Assembly: GCA_002281295.1 (NCBI GenBank)
Contig: NCFS01000003.1
Span: forward strand, 7,577 to 71,576
Direction of reading: 5' to 3'
Source of the DNA: Halothiobacillus sp. 35-54-62
GTDB taxonomy: Bacteria > Pseudomonadota > Gammaproteobacteria > Halothiobacillales > Halothiobacillaceae
Length of the DNA stretch: 64,000 nt
The notes beneath the pieces were generated by a model, which saw only the letters and a program-made list of their open reading frames with translations, did not search any database and was not told the DNA's origin. The translations under genes and the position numbers were made by a program. Within the stretch, counting starts at the first letter, position 1; each line of letters opens with the position of its first letter. Positions 20,423 through 30,600 of this stretch are shown piece after piece.

Positions 20423-22033
20423 ATGACTGCTCTTGATTTTGCCGCCGAAACCCAACGTCGGCGCACCTTCGCGATTATTTCTCACCCCGATGCGGGCAAA
20501 ACCACGATTACCGAAAAGCTGCTTTTATTCGGCGGTGCCATTCAGATGGCCGGTACGGTTAAGGGGCGCAAATCAACCCGTCATGCCACCTCCGACTGGA
20601 TGGCGATGGAAAAGGAGCGCGGCATTTCGGTGACAAGTTCGGTGATGCAATTCCCGTATAAAGATCGCATCATCAATTTGCTCGATACCCCCGGTCATGA
20701 AGATTTCTCTGAGGATACCTATCGCGTGCTTACGGCGGTGGATTCGGCTTTGATGGTGATCGATGTGGCCAAGGGCGTTGAGGCGCGCACGATTAAATTG
20801 ATGGACGTGTGCCGCCTGCGCGATACGCCGATTATTACCTTTATCAATAAGATGGATCGCGAGGGTAAAGAGCCGCTGGAATTGCTGGATGAAGTGGAAT
20901 CGGTGCTAAAAATCCGCTGCGCGCCCATTGTGTGGCCGATTGGCATGGGCAAGCGGTTTAAGGGGGTTTATCACCTGTATCAAGACCGCGTGATTTTATA
21001 CGGCCCTTCGCTGCCCACGCGGGCGCAATCGAAAACCGAAATTCAGGGCTTGCATAATCCTGAACTCGATGAGTTATTGGGCGATCAGGCCGATGAGCTA
21101 CGCATGGAAATTGAGCTGGTGCAAGGCGCGGCCGATCAGTTCGACCATGCAGCGTATCTGCGCGGTGAGCAATCGCCGGTGTATTTTGGTTCGGCCATGA
21201 ATAATTTTGGCGTGCAAGAATTGCTTGATGGCTTTATTGAATCCGCGCCCGGCCCGTTACCGCGCCCCAGCACGGCGCGCGAGGTATCGCCGCTGGAAGA
21301 AAAATTCTCGGGGTTTGTGTTTAAAATTCAGGCGAATATGGATCCGCAGCACCGTGATCGCATTGCATTTTTTCGCGTGTGTTCGGGTAAATTTACGCGC
21401 GGCATGAAGGCCAAGCATGTGCGCTTGAACCGCGATATAAAAATCCCCGACGCCTTAACGTTTATGTCGTCCGATCGGGAGCGATTAGAGGAAGCGTATC
21501 CGGGCGATATTATTGGCATTCACAACCACGGCACCATCCGCATTGGCGATACCTTTACCGAGGGCGAGCGGCTGGCATTTACGGGTATCCCGAATTTTGC
21601 GCCCGATTTATTCCGCCGGGCGCGCCTGCGTGATCCCCTTAAATCCAAGCAATTATTGAAAGGGTTAAGCCAGCTGTGCGAAGAGGGCGCCACCCAACTT
21701 TACAAGCCATTAATTAATAATGATTTAATTTTAGGGGCGGTGGGGGTTTTGCAGTTTGAAGTGGTGTCTGAGCGGCTTAAAACCGAGTATTCGGTGGATT
21801 GTCAGTTCGAGCAGGTGAATGTAACCACCGCACGGTGGATTGAGTGCGATGACCCGAAGCGATTGGAAGAATTTAAAGCCAAAAACGAGCTGAATCTTGC
21901 CCTCGATCACGCGGGCGATTTGGTCTACGTTGCCCCCACGCGAGTCAACTTGCAAATGGCGCAAGAGCGCTGGAAGGATGTGCGGTTTTTATCCACCCGC
22001 GAGCATGGCGATTACACCAGCGTGGTGGAATAA
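20423..22033 (+). CDS. prfC: Peptide chain release factor 3
   Basis: [48 protein letters not shown]...DTPGHEDF...NKMDR, i.e. the GTPase G1-G4 motifs. At 536 aa from the ATG at 20423 it matches RF3 size. Confidence 0.92.
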   Translation: MTALDFAAETQRRRTFAIISHPDAGKTTITEKLLLFGGAIQMAGTVKGRKSTRHATSDWMAMEKERGISVTSSVMQFPYKDRIINLLDTPGHEDFSEDTYRVLTAVDSALMVIDVAKGVEARTIKLMDVCRLRDTPIITFINKMDREGKEPLELLDEVESVLKIRCAPIVWPIGMGKRFKGVYHLYQDRVILYGPSLPTRAQSKTEIQGLHNPELDELLGDQADELRMEIELVQGAADQFDHAAYLRGEQSPVYFGSAMNNFGVQELLDGFIESAPGPLPRPSTAREVSPLEEKFSGFVFKIQANMDPQHRDRIAFFRVCSGKFTRGMKAKHVRLNRDIKIPDALTFMSSDRERLEEAYPGDIIGIHNHGTIRIGDTFTEGERLAFTGIPNFAPDLFRRARLRDPLKSKQLLKGLSQLCEEGATQLYKPLINNDLILGAVGVLQFEVVSERLKTEYSVDCQFEQVNVTTARWIECDDPKRLEEFKAKNELNLALDHAGDLVYVAPTRVNLQMAQERWKDVRFLSTREHGDYTSVVE

Positions 22034-22043
22034 CCGCGCGGGA

Positions 22044-22733
22044 TTACGGGCTGGCAGGCGCTTGGGGCGGAATGCTGGCGCTCAGCTTGGCAAAATCTTT
22101 TGGCGAAATATATTGGAATAAATCGCGGCCTTCTTTGTTCACCGTAATGAGTAGGCCTTTGTTGGGATACAACCAGTATGCATTGGGTTCTTTGGCATGC
22201 TCGATCGATTCGGGTTTGCCAAACCGCCGCTCAATCAGGCTTTCTGAATAATCCGCCGATGGCTTGTAGGTGATTGATTCAATGGGAAAGTTTTGGGCGG
22301 TGCGAATTTGCTCATCACTCATCGGATATTTCCAGGCGCCGCTGGGGGTGGGGTCAGGCCTGGCGTGGTCTGCACTAATCCAGCTTTGGAGCAATTTTTC
22401 GTCTACCTGCGCCACAATGGCCACATTAGCCGATAGCGCGCCCACATCGGTCGGGCCGAAATACGCCTCTAGCGAGGTTTTTTTATCCGGATCAACAAAA
22501 ATCGCCAAATCGGCTTTTTGGTTATAAAGCCGTTTGAAATCCAACAGAGAATCTTTGCCCAAGTGCGCGCCAAACACCGCGCTGGTTCCATCGGGGAACA
22601 GCGTAATGTCCCACGGTAAAAACGGGTGATCGGGCGCTTTGCTGGCGCATGCGGCGAGAATGAGCGCGATAAACGCGCCCAATCCGAGTTGGCGCAAAAC
22701 GCGAAGGGAAGGGCGAATTAGGTGATGCAACAT
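22044..22733 (-). CDS. Hypothetical lipoprotein
   Basis: From the ATG at 22733 the product begins MLHHLIRPSLRVLRQLGLGAFIALILAACAS, a signal peptide with lipobox LAAC. No recognisable family. Confidence 0.5.
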   Translation of the reverse strand: MLHHLIRPSLRVLRQLGLGAFIALILAACASKAPDHPFLPWDITLFPDGTSAVFGAHLGKDSLLDFKRLYNQKADLAIFVDPDKKTSLEAYFGPTDVGALSANVAIVAQVDEKLLQSWISADHARPDPTPSGAWKYPMSDEQIRTAQNFPIESITYKPSADYSESLIERRFGKPESIEHAKEPNAYWLYPNKGLLITVNKEGRDLFQYISPKDFAKLSASIPPQAPASP

Positions 22734-22907
22734 TTGCGTGACCCCAGAAACTGCATAAGAATGTGGCTGCAATGTAGCAGAAGCGGGGCGCAAGCGGGGT
22801 GTCTTCTCGCTAAGCTAGGCGTTGGTCTGGGCGCTTTATTGTGTGAAGACGGGTTCGTTTTCAGTCGAGTTTTAGGCATGGCCTAGTTATAAATCAGGAA
22901 GTTAATT

Positions 22908-23720
22908 ATGAAACCTAAAAATAAAACCATCGCTGTAGTGTTATCGCTCGGGTTAATCAGCGGCCTGGCCGCAGCGCCCTCAATGGCTGCTGATAACGCG
23001 TTTCCGCTGCGCGCGCAGTATGAAACGGTGGGCGTAAAGCCCATAAGCATCGAAGAATTATTCGCCAATTTCGCGAACAGCACGGTTATCGATGTGCGCT
23101 CAACTTATGAATTTCAAACCTTGCATATTGAAGGCGCGCAATCGGTGCCGCTCTCTGATGCTGATTTCGATCAACAAATTCAGAAGTTGAGCGAAAAGAG
23201 CCCTAAAACGCTGGTGTTTTACTGTAACGGCACAACCTGCGATAAATCGTACAAGGCGGCAGTGCGTGCGTTAAAGGCGGGGGTGAAGCCGGTGCGGGTT
23301 TTTGATGCCGGTATTTTGGCTTGGGCGCAAGCGCACCCCACTAAAACAGATTTAATGGGCACGCTTATGACCAATGCGAGCCAATTGATCGATAAGGCCA
23401 ATTTTGAATCGCATCTGCTCAGCCCGCGTGATTTTTATGAGCAGGTATTGGCCGATCCCAATGCGATTGTGCTGGATATTCGGGATGCCGCGCAGCGCGC
23501 CGGTGTGTCGCTCTTTCAAATGCGCGATGTCCATGTGCCGCTCGATAATACCCGTTTGGCCGATTGGGTAAAAAAGGCCAACGCCGAACATAAAGCCATT
23601 TATTTTATTGATGAAACGGGCCATCAAGTGCAATGGTTGCAATATTTTTTGCAAGAATCGGGCACACATCAGTATTGGTTTATGAAGGGTGGGGCGAAGG
23701 CATTTTTTGAAACCATGTAG
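22908..23720 (+). CDS. Exported tandem rhodanese-like domain protein
   Basis: A signal peptide (MKPKNKTIAVVLSLGLISGLAAAPSMAADN) is present. The first domain has a rhodanese-type active-site loop (VFYCNGTTCDKSYKA). The second domain (IVLDIRD...IYFIDETGHQ) lacks the Cys. Confidence 0.65.
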   Translation: MKPKNKTIAVVLSLGLISGLAAAPSMAADNAFPLRAQYETVGVKPISIEELFANFANSTVIDVRSTYEFQTLHIEGAQSVPLSDADFDQQIQKLSEKSPKTLVFYCNGTTCDKSYKAAVRALKAGVKPVRVFDAGILAWAQAHPTKTDLMGTLMTNASQLIDKANFESHLLSPRDFYEQVLADPNAIVLDIRDAAQRAGVSLFQMRDVHVPLDNTRLADWVKKANAEHKAIYFIDETGHQVQWLQYFLQESGTHQYWFMKGGAKAFFETM

Positions 23721-23821
23721 TGGGGTTCCCTGCGTGTTTGGCTATTTGAAATACAAATACCTAATTTTTTTTATTTATTCCGCTAGAATCCATGGGCTCA
23801 ATTGATTACCGGAGATTTTTT

Positions 23822-24379
23822 ATGCCCCTGTTTACCCAATCCCGCGTTCTCGGTGCGGCTCTTTTAGTGGCGCTCGGTGCGCTTAATGCCCCTTTAGCGC
23901 TGGCGCAAACCCCGTCGGCTGATGAGGCGGCAACCCCCGCCCCGTTGGCGCAAGGCAGCCCTTTTCCTGCCTTGGCGTTAACCGATCAGCACGATAAGCC
24001 GGTCACCTTGCCGGGCGCCGCTCATGCCATTGTGTATGCCAACGCCAAAGCGGTAGATGAGTGGGTAAACCCGGTTTTAACTGATTTTGGGCCCGCCAAT
24101 TTAAGTGCAAAACACGTGATTTATTTATCAGATATTTCACGCATGCCTTGGATGGTGAGCAAAATGATCGCCCTGCCGCAAATGCGTGAGCGGTCCTATT
24201 CCGCTGCCTTGATTCGCAATGATGAAGAAAAAGCACTTGCCGGCCTGCCCGCACCTGCTAAAGATTGCGCCAATGTACTGACGCTGAACGCGGGCGTTAT
24301 TGCCGCCATTCAATCGGTTTGTTCGCCCGCCGCGCTTAAATCCGAGCTTGACGCTTTGCCGGTTGTGACCGCGCCTTAA
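23822..24379 (+). CDS. Hypothetical exported protein
   Basis: The ATG at 23822 is preceded by GGAGA. The signal peptide is MPLFTQSRVLGAALLVALGALNAPLALAQ. The family was not recognised with confidence. Confidence 0.45.
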   Translation: MPLFTQSRVLGAALLVALGALNAPLALAQTPSADEAATPAPLAQGSPFPALALTDQHDKPVTLPGAAHAIVYANAKAVDEWVNPVLTDFGPANLSAKHVIYLSDISRMPWMVSKMIALPQMRERSYSAALIRNDEEKALAGLPAPAKDCANVLTLNAGVIAAIQSVCSPAALKSELDALPVVTAP

Positions 24380-24430
24380 CTTTGGGTTTTGGCCGTGGCG
24401 CGGGCTTGCGTATTCTGCCCGCGTGTTCGA

Positions 24431-25660
24431 TTAGCTGGTCAACAGCAAATAACTGTTTAGGCTAACCACCACGGCCACCACCGACCATCCCAGCCAGTTC
24501 ACCCATGCGGGGTTAACATACCCGCGCATCAGGCGCTTATTGCTGGTAAAGAGCATGAGCGGCACCAGCGCAAACGCAATACCAAATGATAAAACCACTT
24601 GGCTGTACACCAGCACTTGCGTGACGTTTAAGCCCAAATAAATGATGATGAACGAGGGTGTCATGGTGATGGCGCGGCGCAGTGCGATGGGGATGCGGAA
24701 TTTCACAAAGCCACTCATGATTTCTTGCCCGGCCAACGTGCCCACAATGGTCGAGGCCAAGCCCGCTATCAGTAAACTCGCGCCAAAAATTTGTGCCGCC
24801 ATTTGGCCAAGTAAAGGTGTTAGGGTTTCATAGGCGTTTTCAATGCTGCCGGATTCCGCATTCGGGTTGCCGTAAAACACGGCGGCGGCCATGGCGAGCA
24901 TAGATAAATTAACAAAGCCTGCGATGGTCATGGCAATCGCCACATCCCATTTCATGCTGCGAAACATCGATTTGCGATGCTGCTTGCCATATTTGGTTAG
25001 TTCGGCTTTCGTCATGGCCGAGTGCAGGTAGATAACGTGCGGCATAACCGTTGCGCCCAAAATACCGGCGGCTAAAAACACGCTATCGCGGCCATCAAAG
25101 CCGGGAATGAGCGCCCCTTCGAACACGGATGCGGGGTGCGGGTGGCTGTAAAACAATTCCACCACATAAATTAATGCCACCGACAACAACATGGTGCCGA
25201 TCACGATTTGCAGGGTTTTGAAATTGCGGGACTCTAAACTTAAAACGGCCCAGCTGATAATCGCGGTAATCATCGCGCCTTCCATTAAGCTGAAACCAAA
25301 CAAGAGCTTGAAGCCTAAAGCCGCACCGATGAATTCAGCAATATCGGTGGCCATGGCCAAAATTTCGGCCTGAATCCAGTAGGGATAAACCGCCCATGAA
25401 GGCAGCTGATTGCCCAGCATCGAGGCTAAGGATTCCCCCGTGGCTAGCCCCAATTTTGCCGACAGCATTTGAATGAGCGCGGCCATGAGGTTTGCCCACA
25501 CCACCACCCACAGCAGCAAGTACCCAAAATCGGCACCGGCTTGAATATTGGTGGCGTAGTTACCGGGATCAATGTAGCCAATGGCCGCGACAAATGCGGG
25601 GCCAAGAAATAGGGCGCGCGCACGCCGACTGGTGCGTGGGGTAAGGGCGGTGGGGTGCAT
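24431..25660 (-). CDS. mntH: NRAMP-family divalent metal (Mn2+/Fe2+):H+ symporter MntH
   Basis: The 409-aa ORF carries the DPGN signature (GYIDPGNYATNIQAGADFGYLLLWVV) and about 11 TM segments. Confidence 0.92.
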   Translation of the reverse strand: MHPTALTPRTSRRARALFLGPAFVAAIGYIDPGNYATNIQAGADFGYLLLWVVVWANLMAALIQMLSAKLGLATGESLASMLGNQLPSWAVYPYWIQAEILAMATDIAEFIGAALGFKLLFGFSLMEGAMITAIISWAVLSLESRNFKTLQIVIGTMLLSVALIYVVELFYSHPHPASVFEGALIPGFDGRDSVFLAAGILGATVMPHVIYLHSAMTKAELTKYGKQHRKSMFRSMKWDVAIAMTIAGFVNLSMLAMAAAVFYGNPNAESGSIENAYETLTPLLGQMAAQIFGASLLIAGLASTIVGTLAGQEIMSGFVKFRIPIALRRAITMTPSFIIIYLGLNVTQVLVYSQVVLSFGIAFALVPLMLFTSNKRLMRGYVNPAWVNWLGWSVVAVVVSLNSYLLLTS

Positions 25661-25691
25661 CGTAATTCCGTTATTAGTCTGATCTAACTTG

Positions 25692-25726
25692 AATTTTAGA
25701 TAAGGCTAAGTTTTGATGCAAGTCAA
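25692..25726 (-). promoter_or_regulatory. Candidate mntH promoter with overlapping inverted-repeat operator
   Basis: The minus strand reads TTGACT-N17-TTATCT. Overlapping the spacer and -10 is an inverted repeat AAnTTAG-N7-CTAAnTT (25692-25712), reminiscent of MntR/Fur-type dyads. Confidence 0.3.
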
Positions 25727-25787
25727 ATTTCTGCGAACGCAGCGCGTGGTTAAGTTTCGTGCCGATAGGCGCTGCGCTATTGATTCG

Positions 25788-25852
25788 GATCGAATAATCC
25801 ATGAAGCCTTTGGCTTAGCGGACAATCACGGATAAAACGAACCGGATCAATA
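25788..25852. repeat. Family A repeat, core-less short copy (65 bp)
   Basis: The ends match the copies at 11288 and 49528 (TATTGATTCGG...ATAATCCATGAA ... CTTAGCGGACAATCACGGATAAAACGAACCGGATCAATA), but the central GTAGGGTGCGCC... palindrome is absent. Confidence 0.65.
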
Positions 25853-25936
25853 AGTAACGGTGGGCGGTGCTTTATCGCCTCACTCGAAAGCGTTTAAGGC
25901 GCCGCTAGTGATGAGCGGCTGCGCGCCAATAAAAAC

Positions 25937-26776
25937 TTAATTAAATGAGCGAATATCGATTTGGTTTTTGGCATCAAGCTCAATGAGTACGCGCTTGCCC
26001 CAGGCCGGATGATTGGCGAGTTGCTCGCCATCAAGATAAATCCCGTTGATGGCGATAATTTCAGGCTCAAATGATTCGCAAAAAATGCGCGATTGAATCA
26101 GGCCATTGACGCCTGCGGCGGCGGTGCCTTTGAGCGCGCCATGCACATAAATAGAGCCATCGGCGACCACGCGAGCGCCGGTGCTCACCATGCTGGTGAT
26201 GATGAGATCGGCTTGTTTGGCATAAAGCTCGGCCCCTGAGCGCACGGGATGGCGAATCACGAGCGGGGGGTGTAAATCATGGGATGACAGCCGGGGTTCT
26301 TTGGGCGCTTGCACCGCGTCCATTTCGGGGGGGGCTATGGTGGCAGGTTCAATAGGCGCTTGCGGCGTTGGCAGAGCGGCGGGTGCTGCGGGGGCGGGCG
26401 CATTCGGCTTGATGGGGCTGGCATCTTGCGCTCGGGATTCAATTTGTGGCAAGCGGGCGAGCTTGGCTTGTTCCCGTTGTTTGGCATTGCCACCGATAAC
26501 GGCGATCGGGTCTAGCTTGTAATTGCGCAGCAAGCTTACAAGCGCGGGAAAATCCACCCATTTACCGCTATTTTCAATGCCGGATAGGTCGATCACAATG
26601 GGTTCGGGTTGGGCGAATACCCCTTGCCCGCCGAAGGTGTCTTTAAACGCGCGGGTTAATTTGAGAAGGTGGGTTTCGCGTAGTATCAAGCGGGATAGGG
26701 GCGTTGGGATCTGTTGCAGGCTGAAGGCCTCATGCTCAATCACGGGGAAGTTGGCCGAAACGGGGGCGTTGCTCAT
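25937..26776 (-). CDS. minC: Septum site-determining protein MinC
   Basis: The C-terminal domain is collinear with E. coli MinC (HPVRSGAELYAKQADLIITSMVSTGARVVADGSIYVHGALKGTAAAG...IFCESFEPEIIAINGIY). A Pro/Ala-rich linker and an N-terminal domain are present. Confidence 0.8.
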   Translation of the reverse strand: MSNAPVSANFPVIEHEAFSLQQIPTPLSRLILRETHLLKLTRAFKDTFGGQGVFAQPEPIVIDLSGIENSGKWVDFPALVSLLRNYKLDPIAVIGGNAKQREQAKLARLPQIESRAQDASPIKPNAPAPAAPAALPTPQAPIEPATIAPPEMDAVQAPKEPRLSSHDLHPPLVIRHPVRSGAELYAKQADLIITSMVSTGARVVADGSIYVHGALKGTAAAGVNGLIQSRIFCESFEPEIIAINGIYLDGEQLANHPAWGKRVLIELDAKNQIDIRSFN

Positions 26777-26824
26777 AGATTTTTCATAAATTTTAAGGGA
26801 TGCGGTGTGACAGGCAAGGGCGCG

Positions 26825-27598
26825 CTACAACTGGCATAGCGCCATCTGAAAGGATACATCGTGATTGACTTGATAGGGGTGGCCGGTTTCCCGATCCAGC
26901 CGCATGAACCGAATCGTGACACGGTGTTTGCTGGCACTAATTTCAGGGTACACATTAGCCTGCGCCGGCAATAATACACGGGTCAGCTGATAGGGCAGGC
27001 CCGATTCCAGATTGAGCTGAAAAAAACCTTCTTCGGCACTAAATAAAGCCTCCGCCACGCTGGTGCGGATTAGGCTAAGCACCAAATCATTGGCTGTTCG
27101 CATGAGGCTGAGTGGCGCAATCCAAGCGGCTATATCGGCTTGGCGCTCGCTTGGGGGCAGGCTCAGCCAATAATGCAGGGCGGTTAAATCAAAAGCGCAC
27201 AATGCCCCGGGGATGGAGGCGCGTTGGCGTACGGCGTTAATCAGTTCATGATTTTTAAGGTGCGCGCCGGGTGTGCCGGGGTAGCGGTGGAGCGCATCGA
27301 GTAAATGGGCTTGTTGATCAAGGAGTTGATGGAGCTTATCGGCATTAACACGGGGCGTATTGGCCACGTGCAAGAGCTTGGCTTGTTGCCGTTCTAGCTC
27401 TTTGATGAGTTCGCGTTTGACATCAATTCGCCCCAAAACATCGGTCGCTTCAATTAAAATTAAAATAGCGCAAAGGGTGGATTCGGCGCTTTCATCGTTT
27501 AGGTGATAATCCATGCGGCTAAAGAGGTATTCCAGCCGTAAACAGGCGCGAATACGCTCGTTTAAAGGCTGTTCAAAAATATGGAATGACGGCGTCAT
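26825..27598 (-). CDS. zapD: Cell division protein ZapD
   Basis: The 257-aa ORF begins MTPSFHIFEQPLNERIRACLRLEYLFSRM, which parallels E. coli ZapD (..LFEHPLNEKMRTWLRIEFL..). Confidence 0.8.
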   Translation of the reverse strand: MTPSFHIFEQPLNERIRACLRLEYLFSRMDYHLNDESAESTLCAILILIEATDVLGRIDVKRELIKELERQQAKLLHVANTPRVNADKLHQLLDQQAHLLDALHRYPGTPGAHLKNHELINAVRQRASIPGALCAFDLTALHYWLSLPPSERQADIAAWIAPLSLMRTANDLVLSLIRTSVAEALFSAEEGFFQLNLESGLPYQLTRVLLPAQANVYPEISASKHRVTIRFMRLDRETGHPYQVNHDVSFQMALCQL

Positions 27599-27690
27599 TT
27601 TTTATAAATTACCTTTTTAAATCAATGGTTTGATTTGTTAAAGCGGCCTGTTGGCTAAGGGTTCGCCCCGTATGGATTGGTTATGATAGG

Positions 27691-30600
27691 TCATTCTGGC
27701 TCATAGCCCAAAATGGGTGCCAGCCAGCGTTCGGCTTCTTTGAGTGGCCAGCCTTTGCGCTCAGCGTAATCGTGGGTTTGATCGCGGCCAATTTTGCCGG
27801 TGCCAAAATAGCGCGCTTGCGGGTGCGCTAAATACCAGCCTGAAACCGCAGCCCCGGGGAACATGGCATAACTTTCTGTGAGCGATATGCCCGCGCGGGA
27901 ATCGGGTTCAAGCAAAGACCACAGCGTGCCTTTTTCGGTGTGATCGGGGCAGGCGGGGTAGCCCGGCGCGGGGCGAATGCCTTGGTATTGCTCGGTAATT
28001 AATTCCGCGTTGGTGAGCGACTCATCGGGTGCATAGCCCCAAAACTCGGTGCGCACGCGTTGGTGCAGGCGTTCGGCAAAGGCCTCAGCCAAGCGATCAG
28101 CCAGGGCTTTTAATAAAATGGCGTGGTAATCATCCAGCGCTTGCTCAAAGCGGGCAATGTGCGGCTCGATGCCATGCCCGGTGGTGACGGCAAAGCCGCC
28201 AATCCAGTCTTTAATTTTGCGGCCTGTTGGGGCGATAAAATCCGATAGGCATTGATTGGGTTTGCCCCCGCTGCGCGGCATTTGCTGGCGAATATTGTGC
28301 AGGGTGGTGTGCACGGCTTGACGCTTTTCATCGGTGAAAATGCGAATGTCATCGTCGATGCTGGCGGCGGGCCAAAAACCGATCACGCCGCTGGCGCGCA
28401 CCCATTTTTCTTCGACAATCGTTTTAAGCATTTTTTGCGCATCATCGAACAACTTTTGCGCCTCGGTGCCCACCACGTTATCGGTCAAAATATCGGGGTA
28501 TTTGCCAAAGAGTTGCCAGCTTTGGAAGAAGGGGGTCCAGTCGATACACGCCACTAAATCTTCGAGCGGATAATCCTCAAACACGGTGATGCCGGGCGTT
28601 TGGGGGGCGGTGGGTGTGTAGGTGGAAAAATCTAATAGCTGTTTGTTGGCGCGGGCTTCGGGCAGCGAGACGCGTTTATCTTCGGCCTGATTGGCTTTGC
28701 GGCGAGCGACGAGCGCCTCATATTCTTCGGTGATTTGGGCGGCATAGGCGGCTTTGTTAGCACCGAGCAAGCTCGCGGCGACCCCCACCGCGCGCGAGGC
28801 ATCGAGCACATGCACCACGGGCTGCTGGTACATGGGCGCGATTTTAAGCGCGGTGTGCAATTTTGAGGTGGTTGCCCCGCCAATCATGAGCGGCAGGGTG
28901 AAGCCTTGGCGCTGCATCTCGCTGGCCACGGTGACCATTTCATCAAGCGAGGGGGTAATAAGCCCCGATAAGCCGATGATGTCGCATTTTTCGGCAATGG
29001 CGGTATCGAGGATTTTTTGCGTGGGCACCATCACGCCTAAATCGACAATCTCGAACCCGTTGCATTGCAGCACCACGCCGACAATATTTTTGCCGATGTC
29101 GTGCACATCACCTTTGACGGTGGCCATTAAAATGCGTCCAGCGGATTGCGCGGCGCAGCCACCGGCAGCAGCTTCGGCCTCCATAAACGGCATTAAGTGC
29201 GCGACGGCTTTTTTCATAACGCGAGCCGATTTAACCACTTGCGGCAAAAACATTTTGCCCGCGCCGAATAAATCGCCCACGATGTTCATGCCGTCCATTA
29301 AGGGGCCTTCAATGACATGCAAGGGGCGGGCGGCGGCCATGCGGGCTTCTTCGGCATCTTCCAGCACAAAGGTATCAATGCCTTTAACGAGGGAATGCGC
29401 GAGCCGCTCGTTGACGGGCAATTCACGCCAGCTCATATCCATCGTTGATTTGGCTTCGCCGGTGCCCGTGCCGCGATATTTTTCGGCAATTTCTAGCATG
29501 CGGTCGGTGCCATCGGGGCGGCGGTTAAGCACGATGTCTTCGACCGCTTCGCGGAGCTCAGCGGGTATATCATCGACCAGCACGAGCTGCCCCGCGTTAA
29601 CAATGCCCATATCCATGCCGGCGGCGACGGTGTGATTCAAAAACACGCTGTGAATGGCTTCGCGCACCGGCTCGTTGCCCCGAAACGAGAACGACACGTT
29701 AGAAACCCCGCCTGAGATGAGCGCGTGCGGCAGGTTTTGCTTGATCCAGCGCGTGCCTTCGATGAACTCAACGGCGTAGTTGTTATGCTCTTCAATGCCG
29801 GTGGCAATCGCAAAAATATTCGGGTCGAAAATAATGTCTTCGGCAGGAAAACCGACTTCTTCGGTGAGGAGCCGGTAGGCGCGGGTGCAAATCTCGATGC
29901 GCCGCGCCACGGTATCGGCTTGGCCTTGCTCATCGAAAGCCATGACCACCGCCGCCGCACCGTAGCGGCGCACCAAGCGGGCGTGTTCAAGGAACATTGC
30001 CTCGCCTTCTTTCATGGAAATGGAGTTGACGATGGGTTTGCCTTGCACCCACTGCAAGCCTTTTTCGATAACGTGGAATTTTGAGCTGTCGATCATGATC
30101 GGCACGCGCGAAATATCGGGTTCTGAGGCAATCAGCTTTAAAAACCGCTCCATGGCCGCTTCGCCATCAATAAGGCCTTCATCCATATTAATGTCGATAA
30201 CTTGCGCGCCGGCTTCAACCTGCTGGCGGGCCACATCCAGCGCGGTGGTGTAATCACCTTCTTTAATCAAGCGGCGAAAGCGCGCGGAACCGGTCACATT
30301 GGTGCGCTCACCCACATTCACAAATAACGATTCGGCGGTGATGTTGAACGGCTCTAACCCCGATAAACGGCAAGCGGGTTCAGGCACGGGCGGCACGCGC
30401 GGCGGGTGGGGCGCCACCTGTTTGGCCATGTAGGCGATGTGCTCGGGCGTGGTGCCGCAGCAACCACCCACGATGTTAATTAAGCCAGAGCTTGCCCATT
30501 CGCCGATTTGCCGCGCCATGGGGTCTGCTTCAAGATCATATTCACCGAGCTCATTGGGTAAGCCCGCGTTGGGGTGCACGGATACGGGGAACTCGCTCAC

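Noticed and set aside
28754-29635. 293-aa plus-strand ORF, and several 80-120-aa ORFs, antisense to metH
   Set aside because: They lie entirely inside a very well supported 1238-aa gene on the other strand. The products are low-complexity (Ala/Ser/Pro/Arg-rich) with no motifs. These are typical long antisense frames in moderately GC-rich DNA.
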